From NCBI GenBank assembly GCA_964016885.1, contig OZ024756.1, positions 1,922,001-1,986,000 on the forward strand: 64,000 nucleotides of DNA, read 5' to 3'. The first letter of the stretch is position 1. The number at the start of each line of letters is the position of its first letter. Positions 25,500 through 39,400 of the stretch are shown here, piece by piece. A model generated the notes under the pieces. The model ran no database searches, was not told the DNA's origin, and worked only from the letters and a program-made list of their open reading frames with translations. Position numbers and translations under genes: made by a program. The DNA comes from Eledone cirrhosa (lineage: Eukaryota).

Positions 25500-28400
25500 C
25501 ATCTATGTAGTGTGCAGTGTCAGTGATCTGGTCCTCTGTCTTGCTGTCTTCAGTACATCTATGAAGTGTGCAGTGTCAGGGATCTGGTCCGCTGTCTTGC
25601 TGTCTTCAGTTCATCTATGAAGTATGCAGTATCAGTGATCTGGTCCTCTGTCTTGCTGTCTTCAGTACATCTATAAAGTGTGCAGTGTCAGTGATCTGGT
25701 CCTCTGTCTTGCTGTCTTCAGTTCATCTATGAAGTGTGCAGTGTCAGTGATCAGGTCCTCTGTCTTGCTGTCTTCAGTTCATCTATGAAGTGTGAAGTGT
25801 CAGTGATCAGCTCCTCTGTCTTGCTGTCTTCAGTACATCTATGAAGTGTGCAGTGTCAGGGATCTGGTCCTCTGTCTTGCTGTCTTCAGTACATCTATGA
25901 AGTGTGCAGTGTCAGTGATCAGGTCCTCTGTCTTGCTGTCTTCAGTACATCTATGTAGTGTGCAGTGTCAGTGATCTGGTCCTCTGTCTTGCTGTCTTCA
26001 GTACATCTATGAAGTGTGCAGTGTCAGGGATCTGGTCCGCTGTCTTGCTGTCTTCAGTTCATCTATGAAGTATGCAGTATCAGTGATCTGTTCCTCTGTC
26101 TTGCTGTCTTCAGTACATCTATGAAGTGTGCAGTGTCAGTGATCTGGTCCTCTGTCTTGCTGTCTTCAGTTCATCTATGAAGTGTGCGGTGTCAGTGATC
26201 AGGTCCTCTGTCTTGCTGTCTTCAGTTCATCTATGAAGTGTGAAGTGTCAGTGATCAGCTCCTCTGTCTTGCTGTCTTCAGTACATCTATGAATTGCGCA
26301 GTGTCAGGGATCTGGTCCTCTGTCTTGCTGTCTTCAGTACATCTATGAAGTGTGCAGTGTCAGTGATCTGGTCCTCTGTCTTGCCGTCTTCAGTTCATCT
26401 ATGAAGTGTGCAGTGTCAGTGATCAGGTCCTCTGTCTTGCTGTCTTCAGTATATCAATGAAGTGTGCAGTGTCAGTGATCTGGTCCTCCGTCTTGCTGTC
26501 TTCAGTACATCTATGAAGTGTGCAGTGTCAGTGATCTGGTCCTCTATCTTGCTGTCTTCAGTACATCTATGAAGTGTGCAGTGTCAGTGATCTGGTTCTC
26601 TGTCTTGCTGTCTTCAGTTCATCTATGAAATGTGAAGTGTCAGGGATCTGGTCCTCTGTCTTGCTGTCTTCAGTACATCTATGAAGTGTGCAGTGTCAGT
26701 GATCTGGTCCTCTGTCTTGCTGTCTTCAGTACATCTATGAAGTGTGCAGTGTCAGTGATCTGGTCCTCTGTCTTGCTGTCTTCAGTACATCTATGAAGTG
26801 TGCAGAGTCAGTGATCTGGTCCTCTGTGTTGCTGTCTTCAGTACATTTATGAAGTGTGCAGTGTCAGTGATCTGGTCATCTGTCTTGCTGTCTTCAGTTC
26901 ATCTATGAAGTGTGCAGTGTCAGTGATATGGTCCTCTGTCTTGCTGTCTTCAGTTCATCTATGAAGTGTGCAGTGTCAGGGATCTGGTCCTCTGTCTTGC
27001 TGTCTTCAGTTCATCTATGAAGTGTGCAGTGTCAGTGATCTGGTCCTCTGTCTTGCTGTCTTCAGTACATCTATGAAGTGTGCAGTGTCAGTGATCTGGT
27101 CCTCTGTCTTGCTGTCTTCAGTTCATCTATGAAGTATGCAGTGTCAGTGATCTGGTCCTCCATCTTGCTGTCTTCAGTACATCTATGAAGTGTGCAGTGT
27201 CAGTAATCTGGTCCTCTATCTTGCTGTCTTCAGTACATCTATGAAGTGTGCAGTGTCAGGGATCTGGTCCTCTGTCTTGCTGTCTTCAGTTCATCTATGA
27301 AGTGTGCAGTGTCAGTGATCTGGTCCTCTGTCTTGCTGTCTTCAGTACATCTATGAAGTGTGCAGTGTCAGTGATCTGGTCCTCTGTCTTGTTGTCTTCA
27401 GTTCATCTATGAAGTGTGCAGTGTCAGTGATCATGTCCTCTGTCTTGCTGTCTTCAGTATATCAATGAAGTGTGCAGTGTCAGTGATCTGGTCCTCCGTC
27501 TTGCTGTCTTCAGTACATCTATGAAGTGTGCAGTGTCAGTGATCTGGTCCTCTATCTTGCTGTCTTCAGTACATCTATGAAGTGTGCAGTGTCAGTGATC
27601 TGGTCCTCTGTGTTGCTGTCTTCAGTTCATCTATGAAATGTGAAGTGTCAGGGATCTGGTCCTCTGTCTTGCTGTCTTCAGTACATCTATGAAGTGTGCA
27701 GTGTCAGTGATCTGGTCCTCTGTCTTGCTGTCTTCAGTACATCTATGAAGTGTGCAGTGTCAGTGATCTGGTCCTCTGTCTTGCTGTCTTCAGTACATCT
27801 ATGAAGTGTGCAGAGTCAGTGATCTGGTCCTCTGTGTTGCTGTCTTCAGTAAATTTATGAAGTGTGCAGTGTCAGTGATTTGGTCATCTGTCTTGCTGTC
27901 TTCAGTTCATCTATGAAGTGTGCAGTGTCAGTGATCTGGTCCTCTGTCTTGCTGTCTTCAGTTCATCTATGAAGTGTGCAGTGTCAGGGATCTGGTCCTC
28001 TGTCTTCCTGTCTTCAGTACATCTGTGAAGTGTGTAGTGTCAGTGATCAGGTCCTCTGTCTTGCTGTCTTAAGTACATCTATGTAGTGTGCAGTGTCAGT
28101 GATCAGGTCCTCTGTCTTGCTGTCTTCAGTACATCTATGAAGTGTGCAGTGTCAGTGATCTGGTCCTCTGTCTTGCTGTCTTCAGTACATCTGTGAACTT
28201 TGTAGTGTCAGTGATCAGATCCTCTGTCTTGCTGTCTTCAGTACATCTATGTAGTGTGCAGTGTCAGTGATCTGGTCCTCTGTCGTGCTGTCTTGAGTAC
28301 ATCTATGAAGTGTGCAGTGTCAGTGATCTGGTCCTCTGTCTTGCTGTCTTCAGTTCATTTATGAAGTGTGCAGTGTCAGTGATCTGGTCCTCTGTCTTGC

Positions 28401-31400
28401 TGTCTTCAGTACATCTGTGAAATTTGTAGTGTCAGTGATCAGGTCCTCTGTCTTGCTGTCTTCAGTACATCTATGTAGTGTGCAGTGTCAGTGATCAGGT
28501 CCTCTGTCTTCCTGTCTTCAGTACATCTGTGAAGTGTGTAGTGTCAGTGATCAGGTCCTCTGTCTTGCTGTCTTAAGTACATCTATGTAGTGTGCAGTGT
28601 CAGTGATCAGGTCCTCTGTCTTGCTGTCTTCAGTACATCTATGAAGTGTGCAGTGTCAGTGATCTGGTCCTCTGTCTTGCTGTCTTCAGTACTTCTATGA
28701 AATGTGCAGTGTCAGTGATCTGGTCCTCTGTCTTGCTGTCTTCAGTACATCTATGAAGTGTGCAGTGTCAGTGATCTGGTCCTCTGTCTTGCTGTCTTCA
28801 GTACATCTATGAAGTGTGCAGTGTCAGTGATCTGGTCCTCTGTCTTGCTGTCTTCAGTTCATCTATGAAGTATGCAGTGTCAGTGATCTGGTCCTCCATC
28901 TTGCTGTCTTCAGTACATCTATGAAGTGTGCAGTGTCAGTAATCTGGTCCTCTATCTTGCTGTCTGCAGTACATCTATGAAGTGTGCAGTGTCAGGGATC
29001 TGGTCCTCTGTCTTGCTGTCTTCAGTTCATCTATGAAGTGTGCAGTGTCAGTGATCAGGTCCTCTGTCTTGCTGTCTTCAGTACATCTATGAAGTGTGCA
29101 GTGTCAGTGATCTGGTCCTCGGTCTTGCTGTCTTCAGTTCATCTATGAAGTGTGCAGTGTCAGTGATCTGGTCCTCTGTCTTGCTGTCTTCAGTTCATCT
29201 ATGAAGTGTGCAGTGTCAGTGATCTGGTCCTCTGTCTTGCTGTCTTCAGTACATCTATGTAGTGTGCAGTGTCAGTGATCTGGTCCTCTGTCTTGCTGTC
29301 TTCAGTACATCTATGAAGTGTGCAGTGTCAGGGATCTGGTCCGCTGTCTTGCTGTCTTCAGTTCATCTATGAAGTATGCAGTATCAGTGATCTGGTCCTC
29401 TGTCTTGCTGTCTTAAGTACATCTATAAAGTGTGCAGTGTCAGTGATCTGGTCCTCTGTCTTGCTGTCTTCAGTTCATCTATGAAGTGTGCAGTGTCAGT
29501 GATCAGGTCCTCTGTCTTGCTGTCTTCAGTTCATCTATGAAGTGTGAAGTGTCAGTGATCAGCTCCTCTGTCTTGCTGTCTTCAGTACATCTATGAAGTG
29601 TGCAGTGTCAGGGATCTGGTCCTCTGTCTTGCTGTCTTCAGTACATCTATGAAGTGTGCAGTGTCAGTGATCAGGTCCTCTGTCTTGCTGTCTTCAGTAC
29701 ATCTATGTAGTGTGCAGTGTCAGTGATCTGGTCCTCTGTCTTGCTGTCTTCAGTACATCTATGAAGTGTGCAGTGTCAGGGATCTGGTCCGCTGTCTTGC
29801 TGTCTTCAGTTCATCTATGAAGTATGCAGTATCAGTGATCTGGTCCTCTGTCTTGCTGTCTTCAGTACATCTATGAAGTGTGCAGTGTCAGTGATCTGGT
29901 CCTCTGTCTTGCTGTCTTCAGTTCATCTATGAAGTGTGCGGTGTCAGTGATCAGGTCCTCTGTCTTGCTGTCTTCAGTTCATCTATGAAGTGTGAAGTGT
30001 CAGTGATCAGCTCCTCTGTCTTGCTGTCTTCAGTACATCTATGAATTGTGCAGTGTCAGGGATCTGGTCCTCTGTCTTGCTGTCTTCAGTACATCTATGA
30101 AGTGTGCAGTGTCAGTGATCTGGTCCTCTGTCTTGCCGTCTTCAGTTCATCTATGAAGTGTGCAGTGTCAGTGATCAGGTCCTCTGTCTTGCTGTCTTCA
30201 GTATATCAATGAAGTGTGCAGTGTCAGTGATCTGGTCCTCCGTCTTGCTGTCTTCAGTACATCTATGAAGTGTGCAGTGTCAGTGATCTGGTCCTCTGTC
30301 TTGCTGTCTTCAGTACATCTATGAAGTGTGCAGTGTCAGTGATCTGGTCCTCTGTCTTGCTGTCTTCAGTTCATCTATGAAATGTGAAGTGTCAGGGATC
30401 TGGTCCTCTGTCTTGCTGTCTTCAGTACATCTATGAAGTGTGCAGTGTCAGTGATCTGGTCCTCTGTCTTGCTGTCTTCAGTACATCTATGAAGTGTGCA
30501 GTGTCAGTGATCTGGTCCTCTGTCTTGCTGTCTTCAGTACATCTATGAAGTGTGCAGAGTCAGTGATCTGGTCCTCTGTGTTGCTGTCTTCAGTACATTT
30601 ATGAAGTGTGCAGTGTCAGTGATCTGGTCATCTGTCTTGCTGTCTTCAGTTCATCTATGAAGTGTGCAGTGTCAGTGATATGGTCCTCTGTCTTGCTGTC
30701 TTCAGTTCATCTATGAAGTGTGCAGTGTCAGTGATATGGTCCTCTGTCTTGCTGTCTTCAGTTCATCTATGAAGTGTGCAGTGTCAGGGATCTGGTCCTC
30801 TGTCTTGCTGTCTTCAGTTCATCTATGAAGTGTGCAGTGTCAGTGATCTGGTCCTCTGTCTTGCTGTCTTCAGTACATCTATGAAGTGTGCAGTGTCAGT
30901 GATCTGGTCCTCTGTCTTGCTGTCTTCAGTTTATCTATGAAGTATGCAGTGTCAGTGATCTGGTCCTCCATCTTGCTGTCTTCAGTACATCTATGAAGTG
31001 TGCAGTGTCAGTAATCTGGTCCTCTATCTTGCTGTCTTCAGTACATCTATGAAGTGTGCAGTGTCAGGGATCTGGTCCTCTGTCTTGCTGTCTTCAGTTC
31101 ATCTATGAAGTGTGCAGTGTCAGTGATCTGGTCCTCTGTCTTGCTGTCTTCAGTACATCTATGAAGTGTGCAGTGTCAGTGATCTGGTCCTCTGTCTTGT
31201 TGTCTTAAGTTCATCTATGAAGTGTGCAGTGTCAGTGATCATGTCCTCTGTCTTGCTGTCTTCAGTATATCAATGAAGTGTGCAGTGTCAGTGATCTGGT
31301 CCTCCGTCTTGCTGTCTTCAGTACATCTATGAAGTGTGCAGTGTCAGTGATCTGGTCCTCTATCTTGCTGTCTTCAGTACATCTATGAAGTGTGCAGTGT

Positions 31401-34400
31401 CAGTGATCTGTTCCTCTGTGTTGCTGTCTTCAGTTCATCTATGAAATGTGAAGTGTCAGGGATCTGGTCCTCTGTCTTGCTGTCTTCAGTACATCTATGA
31501 AGTGTGCAGTGTCAGTGATCTGGTCCTCTGTCTTGCTGTCTTCAGTACATCTATGAAGTGTGCAGTGTCAGTGATCTGGTCCTCTGTCTTGCTGTCTTCA
31601 GTACATCTATGAAGTGTGCAGAGTCAGTGATCTGGTCCTCTGTGTTGCTGTCTTCAGTAAATTTATGAAGTGTGCAGTGTCAGTGATTTGGTCATCTGTC
31701 TTGCTGTCTTCAGTTCATCTATGAAGTGTGCAGTGTCAGTGATCTGGTCCTCTGTCTTGCTGTCTTCAGTTCATCTATGAAGTGTGCAGTGTCAGGGATC
31801 TGGTCCTCTGTCTTCCTGTCTTCAGTACATCTGTGAAGTGTGTAGTGTCAGTGATCAGGTCCTCTGTCTTGCTGTCTTAAGTACATCTATGTAGTGTGCA
31901 GTGTCAGTGATCAGGTCCTCTGTCTTGCTGTCTTCAGTACATCTATGAAGTGTGCAGTGTCAGTGATCTGGTCCTCTGTCTTGCTGTCTTCAGTACATCT
32001 GTGAACTTTGTAGTGTCAGTGATCAGATCCTCTGTCTTGCTGTCTTAAGTACATCTATGTAGTGTGCAGTGTCAGTGATCTGGTCCTCTGTCGTGCTGTC
32101 TTGAGTACATCTATGAAGTGTGCAGTGTCAGTGATCTGGTCCTCTGTCTTGCTGTCTTCAGTTCATTTATGAAGTGTGCAGTGTCAGTGATCTGGTCCTC
32201 TGTCTTGCTGTCTTCAGTACATCTGTGAAATTTGTAGTGTCAGTGATCAGGTCCTCTGTCTTGCTGTCTTCAGTACATCTATGTAGTGTGCAGTGTCAGT
32301 GATCAGGTCCTCTGTCTTCCTGTCTTCAGTACATCTGTGAAGTGTGTAGTGTCAGTGATCAGGTCCTCTGTCTTGCTGTCTTAAGTACATCTATGTAGTG
32401 TGCAGTGTCAGTGATCAGGTCCTCTGTCTTGCTGTCTTCAGTACATCTATGAAGTGTGCAGTGTCAGTGATCTGGTCCTCTGTCTTGCTGTCTTCAGTAC
32501 TTCTATGAAATGTGCAGTGTCAGTGATCTGGTCCTCTGTCTTGCTGTCTTCAGTACATCTATGAAGTGTGCAGTGTCAGTGATCTGGTCCTCTGTCTTGC
32601 TGTCTTCAGTACATCTATGAAGTGTGCAGTGTCAGTGATCTGGTCCTCTGTCTTGCTGTCTTCAGTTCATCTATGAAGTATGCAGTGTCAGTGATCTGGT
32701 CCTCCATCTTGCTGTTTTCAGTACATCTATGAAGTGTGCAGTGTCAGTAATCTGGTCCTCTATCTTGCTGTCTTCAGTACATCTATGAAGTGTGCAGTGT
32801 CAGGGATCTGGTCCTCTGTCTTGCTGTCTTCAGTTCATCTATGAAGTGTGCAGTGTCAGTGATCAGGTCCTCTGTCTTGCTGTCTTCAGTACATCTATGA
32901 AGTGTGCAGTGTCAGTGATCTGGTCCTCGGTCTTGCTGTCTTCAGTTCATCTATGAAGTGTGCAGTGTCAGTGATCTGGTCCTCTGTCTTGCTGTCTTCA
33001 GTACATCTATGTAGTGTGCAGTGTCAGTGATCTGGTCCTCTGTCTTGCTGTCTTCAGTACATCTATGAAGTGTGCAGTGTCAGGGATCTGGTCCGCTGTC
33101 TTGCTGTCTTCAGTTCATCTATGAAGTATGCAGTATCAGGGATCTGGTCCTCTGTCTTGCTGTCTTCAGTACATCTATGAAGTGTGCAGTGTCAGTGATC
33201 AGGTCCTCTGTCTTGCTGTCTTCAGTTCATCTATGAAGTATGCAGTATCAGTGATCTGGTCCTCTGTCTTGCTGTCTTCAGTACATCTATGAAGTGTGCA
33301 GTGTCAGTGATCTGGTCCTCTGTCTTGCTGTCTTCAGTTCATCTATGAAGTGTGCGGTGTCAGTGATCAGGTCCTCTGTCTTGCTGTCTTCAGTTCATCT
33401 ATGAAGTGTGAAGTGTCAGTGATCAGCTCCTCTGTCTTGCTGTCTTCAGTACATCTATGAATTGTGCAGTGTCAGGGATCTGGTCCTCTGTCTTGCTGTC
33501 TTCAGTACATCTATGAAGTGTGCAGTGTCAGTGATCTGGTCCTCTGTCTTGCCGTCTTCAGTTCATCTATGAAGTGTGCAGTGTCAGTGATCAGGTCCTC
33601 TGTCTTGCTGTCTTCAGTATATCAATGAAGTGTGCAGTGTCAGTGATCTGGTCCTCCGTCTTGCTGTCTTCAGTACATCTATGAAGTGTGCAGTGTCAGT
33701 GATCTGGTCCTCTGTCTTGCTGTCTTCAGTACATCTATGAAGTGTGCAGTGTCAGTGATCTGGTCCTCTGTCTTGCTGTCTTCAGTTCATCTATGAAATG
33801 TGAAGTGTCAGGGATCTGGTCCTCTGTCTTGCTGTCTTCAGTACATCTATGAAGTGTGCAGTGTCAGTGATCTGGTCCTCTGTCTTGCTGTCTTCAGTAC
33901 ATCTATGAAGTGTGCAGTGTCAGTTATCTGGTCCTCTGTCTTGCTGTCTTCAGTACATCTATGAAGTGTGCAGAGTCAGTGATCTGGTCCTCTGTGTTGC
34001 TGTCTTCAGTACATTTATGAAGTGTGCAGTGTCAGTGATCTGGTCATCTGTCTTGCTGTCTTCAGTTCATCTATGAAGTGTGCAGTGTCAGTGATATGGT
34101 CCTCTGTCTTGCTGTCTTCAGTTCATCTATGAAGTGTGCAGTGTCAGGGATCTGGTCCTCTGTCTTGCTGTCTTCAGTTCATCTATGAAGTGTGCAGTGT
34201 CAGTGATCTGGTCCTCTGTCTTGCTGTCTTCAGTACATCTATGAAGTGTGCAGTGTCAGTGATCTGGTCCTCTGTCTTGCTGTCTTCAGTTCATCTATGA
34301 AGTATGCAGTGTCAGTGATCTGGTCCTCCATCTTGCTGTCTTCAGTACATCTATGAAGTGTGCAGTGTCAGTAATCTGGTCCTCTATCTTGCTGTCTTCA

Positions 34401-36400
34401 GTACATCTATGAAGTGTGCAGTGTCAGGGATCTGGTCCTCTGTCTTGCTGTCTTCAGTTCATCTATGAAGTGTGCAGTGTCAGTGATCTGGTCCTCTGTC
34501 TTGCTGTCTTCAGTACATCTATGAAGTGTGCAGTGTCAGTGATCTGGTCCTCTGTCTTGTTGTCTTCAGTTCATCTATGAAGTGTGCAGTGTCAGTGATC
34601 ATGTCCTCTGTCTTGCTGTCTTCAGTATATCAATGAAGTGTGCAGTGTCAGTGATCTGGTCCTCCGTCTTGCTGTCTTCAGTACATCTATGAAGTGTGCA
34701 GTGTCAGTGATCTGGTCCTCTATCTTGCTGTCTTCAGTACATCTATGAAGTGTGCAGTGTCAGTGATCTGGTCCTCTGTGTTGCTGTCTTCAGTTCATCT
34801 ATGAAATGTGAAGTGTCAGGGATCTGGTCCTCTGTCTTGCTGTCTTCAGTACATCTATGAAGTGTGCAGTGTCAGTGATCTGGTCCTCTGTCTTGCTGTC
34901 TTCAGTACATCTATGAAGTGTGCAGTGTCAGTGATCTGGTCCTCTGTCTTGCTGTCTTCAGTACATCTATGAAGTGTGCAGAGTCAGTGATCTGGTCCTC
35001 TGTGTTGCTGTCTTCAGTAAATTTATGAAGTGTGCAGTGTCAGTGATCTGGTCATCTGTCTTGCTGTCTTCAGTTCATCTATGAAGTGTGCAGTGTCAGT
35101 GATCTGGTCCTCTGTCTTGCTGTCTTCAGTTCATCTATGAAGTGTGCAGTGTCAGGGATCTGGTCCTCTGTCTTCCTGTCTTCAGTACATCTGTGAAGTG
35201 TGTAGTGTCAGTGATCAGGTCCTCTGTCTTGCTGTCTTAAGTACATCTATGTAGTGTGCAGTGTCAGTGATCAGGTCCTCTGTCTTGCTGTCTTCAGTAC
35301 ATCTATGAAGTGTGCAGTGTCAGTGATCTGGTCCTCTGTCTTGCTGTCTTCAGTACATCTGTGAACTTTGTAGTGTCAGTGATCAGATCCTCTGTCTTGC
35401 TGTCTTCAGTACATCTATGTAGTGTGCAGTGTCAGTGATCTGGTCCTCTGTCGTGCTGTCTTGAGTACATCTATGAAGTGTGCAGTGTCAGTGATCTGGT
35501 CCTCTGTCTTGCTGTCTTCAGTTCATTTATGAAGTGTGCAGTGTCAGTGATCTGGTCCTCTGTCTTGCTGTCTTCAGTACATCTGTGAAATTTGTAGTGT
35601 CAGTGATCAGGTCCTCTGTCTTGCTGTCTTCAGTACATCTATGTAGTGTGCAGTGTCAGTGATCAGGTCCTCTGTCTTCCTGTCTTCAGTACATCTGTGA
35701 AGTGTGTAGTGTCAGTGATCAGGTCCTCTGTCTTGCTGTCTTAAGTACATCTATGTAGTGTGCAGTGTCAGTGATCAGGTCCTCTGTCTTGCTGTCTTCA
35801 GTACATCTATGAAGTGTGCAGTGTCAGTGATCTGGTCCTCTGTTTTGCTGTCTTCAGTACTTCTATGAAATGTGCAGTGTCAGTGATCTGGTCCTCTGTC
35901 TTGCTGTCTTCAGTACATCTATGAAGTGTGCAGTGTCAGTGATCTGGTCCTCTGTCTTGCTGTCTTCAGTACATCTATGAAGTGTGCAGTGTCAGTGATC
36001 TGGTCCTCTGTCTTGCTGTCTTCAGTTCATCTATGAAGTATGCAGTGTCAGTGATCTGGTCCTCCATCTTGCTGTCTTCAGTACATCTATGAAGTGTGCA
36101 GTGTCAGTAATCTGGTCCTCTATCTTGCTGTCTTCAGTACATCTATGAAGTGTGCAGTGTCAGGGATCTGGTCCTCTGTCTTGCTGTCTTCAGTTCATCT
36201 ATGAAGTGTGCAGTGTCAGTGATCAGGTCCTCTGTCTTGCTGTCTTCAGTACATCTATGAAGTGTGCAGTGTCAGTGATCTGGTCCTCGGTCTTGCTGTC
36301 TTCAGTTCATCTATGAAGTGTGCAGTGTCAGTGATCTGGTCCTCTGTCTTGCTGTCTTCAGTTCATCTATGAAGTGTGCAGTGTCAGTGATCTGGTCCTC
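25500..36400. repeat. Triplicated block of 60-68 monomers
   Basis: gtgcGgt 26188/29940/33356 (67 and 61 units); gtaAattt 27852/31660/35020 (68 and 60 units); cttGag 28295/32103/35463. Confidence 0.9.
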
Positions 36401-39400
36401 TGTCTTGCTGTCTTCAGTACATCTATGAAGTGTGCAGTGTCAGTGATCTGGTCCTGTCTTGCTGTCTTCAGTTCATCTATGAAGTATGCAGTGTCAGTGA
36501 TCTGGTCCTCCATCTTGCTGTCTTCAGTACATCTATGAAGTGTGCAGTGTCAGTAATCTGGTCCTCTATCTTGCTGTCTTCAGTACATCTATGAAGTGTG
36601 CAGTGTCAGGGATCTGGTCCTCTGTCTTGCTGTCTTCAGTTCATCTATGAAGTGTGCAGTGTCAGTGATCTGGTCCTCTGTCTTGCTGTCTTCAGTACAT
36701 CTATGAAGTGTGCAGTGTCAGTGATCTGGTCCTCGGTCTTGCTGTCTTCAGTTCATCTATGAAGTGTGCAGTGTCAGTGATCTGGTCCTCTGTCTTGCTG
36801 TCTTCAGTTCATCTATGAAGTGTACAGTGTCAGTGATCTGGTCCTCTGTCTTGCTGTCTTCAGTACATCTATGAAGTGTGCAGTGTCAGTGATCTCGTCC
36901 TCTGTCTTGCTGCCTTCAGTACATCTATGAAGTGTGCAGTCTCAGTGATCTGGTCCTCTGTCTTGCTGTCTTCAGTTCATCTATGAAGTGTGCAGTGTCA
37001 GTGATCTGGTCCTCTGCCTTGCTGTCTTCAGTTCATCTATGAAGTATGCAGTGTCAGTGATCTCGTCCTCTGTCTTGCTGTCTGCAGTACATCTATGAAG
37101 TGTTCAGTGTCAGTGATCTGGTCCTCTGTCTTGCTGTCTTCAGTACATCTGTGAACTTTGTAGTGTCAGTGATCAGATCCTCTGTCTTGCTGTCTTCAGT
37201 ACATCTATGTAGTGTGCAGTGTCAGTGATCTGGTCCTCTGTCGTGCTGTCTTCAGTACATCTATGAAGTGTGCAGTGTCAGTGATCTGGTCCTCTGTCTT
37301 GCTGTCTTCAGTTCATTTATGAAGTGTGCAGTGTCAGTGATCTGGTCCTCTGTCTTGCTGTCTTCAGTACATCTGTGAAGTTTGTAGTGTCAGTGATCAG
37401 GTCCTCTGTCTTGCTGTCTTCAGTACATCTATGTAGTGTGCAGTGTCAGTGATCAGGTCCTCTGTCTTCCTGTCTTCAGTACATCTGTGAAGTGTGTAGT
37501 GTCAGTGATCAGGTCCTCTGTCTTGCTGTCTTAAGTACATCTATGTAGTGTGCAGTGTCAGTGATCAGGTCCTCTGTCTTGCTGTCTTCAGTACATCTAT
37601 GAAGTGTGCAGTGTCAGTGATCTGGTCCTCTGTCTTGCTGTCTTCAGTACTTCTATGAAATGTGCAGTGTCAGTGATCTGGTCCTCTGTCTTGCTGTCTT
37701 CAGTACATCTATGAAGTGTGCAGTGTCAGTGATCTGGTCCTCTGTCTTGCTGTCTTCAGTACATCTATGAAGTGTGCAGTGTCAGTGATCTGGTCCTCTG
37801 TCTTGCTGTCTTCAGTACATCTATGAAGTGTGCAGTGTCAGTGATCTGGTCCTCTGTCTTGCTGTCTTCAGTACATCTATGAAGTGTGCAGTGTCAGTGA
37901 TCTGGTCCTCTGTCTTGCTGTCTTCAGTACTTCTATGAAATGTGCAGTGTCAGTGATCTGGTCCTCTGTCTTGCTGTCTTCAGTTCATCTATGAAATGTG
38001 AAGTGTCAGGGATCTGGTCCTCTGTCTTGCTGTCTTCATTTCCTCTATGTAGTGTGCAGTGTCAGTGATCTGGTCCTCTGTCTTGCTGTCTTCAGTACAT
38101 CTATGAAGTGTGCAGTGTCAGTGATCTGGTCCTCCGTCTTGCTGTATTCAGTACATCTATGAAGTGTGCAGTGTCAGTGATCTGGTCCTCTGTCTTGCTG
38201 TCTTCAGTACATCTATGAAGTGTGCAGTGTCAGTGATCTGGTCCTCTGTCTTGCTGTCTTCAGTTCATCTATGAAGTGTGCAGTGTCAGTGATCTGGTCC
38301 TCTGTCTTGCTGTCTTCAGTACATCTGTAAAGTTTGTAGTGTCAGTGATCAGGTCCTCTGTCTTGCTGTCTTCAGTACATTTATGTAGTGTGCAGTGTCA
38401 GTGATCAGGTCCTCTGTCTTCCTGTCTTCAGTACATCTGTGAAGTGTGTAGTGTCACTGATCAGGTCCTCTGTCTTGCTGTCTTAAGTACATCTATGTAG
38501 TGTGCAGTGTCAGTGATCAGGTCCTCTGTCTTGCTGTCTTCAGTACATCTATGTAGTGTGCAGTGTCAGTGATCTGGTCCTCTGTCTTGCTGTCTTCAGT
38601 ACATCTATGAAGTGTGCAGTGTCAGGGATCTGGTCCGCTGTCTTGCTGTCTTCAGTTCATCTATGAAGTATGCAGTATCAGTGATCGGGTCCTCTGTCTT
38701 GCTGTCTTCAGTACATCTATGAAGTTTGCAGTGTCAGTGATCTGGTCCTCTGTCTTGCTGTCTTCAGTTCATCTATGAAGTGTGCAGTGTCAGTGATCAG
38801 CTCCTCTGTCTTGCTGTCTTCAGTACATCTATGAAGTGTGCAGTGTCAGGGATCTGGTCCTCTGTCTTGCTGTCTTCAGTACATCTATGAAGTGTGCAGT
38901 GTCAGTGATCTGGTCCTCTGTCTTGCTGTCTTCAGTACATCTATAAAGTGTGCAGTGTCAGTGATCTGGTCCTCTGTCTTGCTGTCTTCAGTTCATCTAT
39001 GAAGTGTGCAGTGTCAGTGATCTGGTCCTCTGTCTTGCTGTCTTCAGTACATCTATGAAGTGTGCAGTGTCAGTGATCTGGTCCTCTGTCCTGCTGTCTT
39101 CAGTACATCTATGAAGTGTGCAGAGTCAGTGATCTGGTCCTCTGTCTTGCTGTCTTCAGTTCATCTATGAAGTGTGCAGTGTCAGTGATCAGGTCCTCTG
39201 TCTTGCTGTCTTCAGTATATCAATGAAGTGTGCAGTGTCAGTGATCTGGTCCTCCGTCTTGCTGTCTTCAGTACATCTATGAAGTGTGCAGTGTCAGTGA
39301 TCTGGTCCTCTGTCTTGCTGTCTTCAGTACATCTATGAAGTGTGCAGTGTCAGTGATCTGGTCCTCTGTCTTGCTGTCTTCAGTTCATCTATGAAATGTG

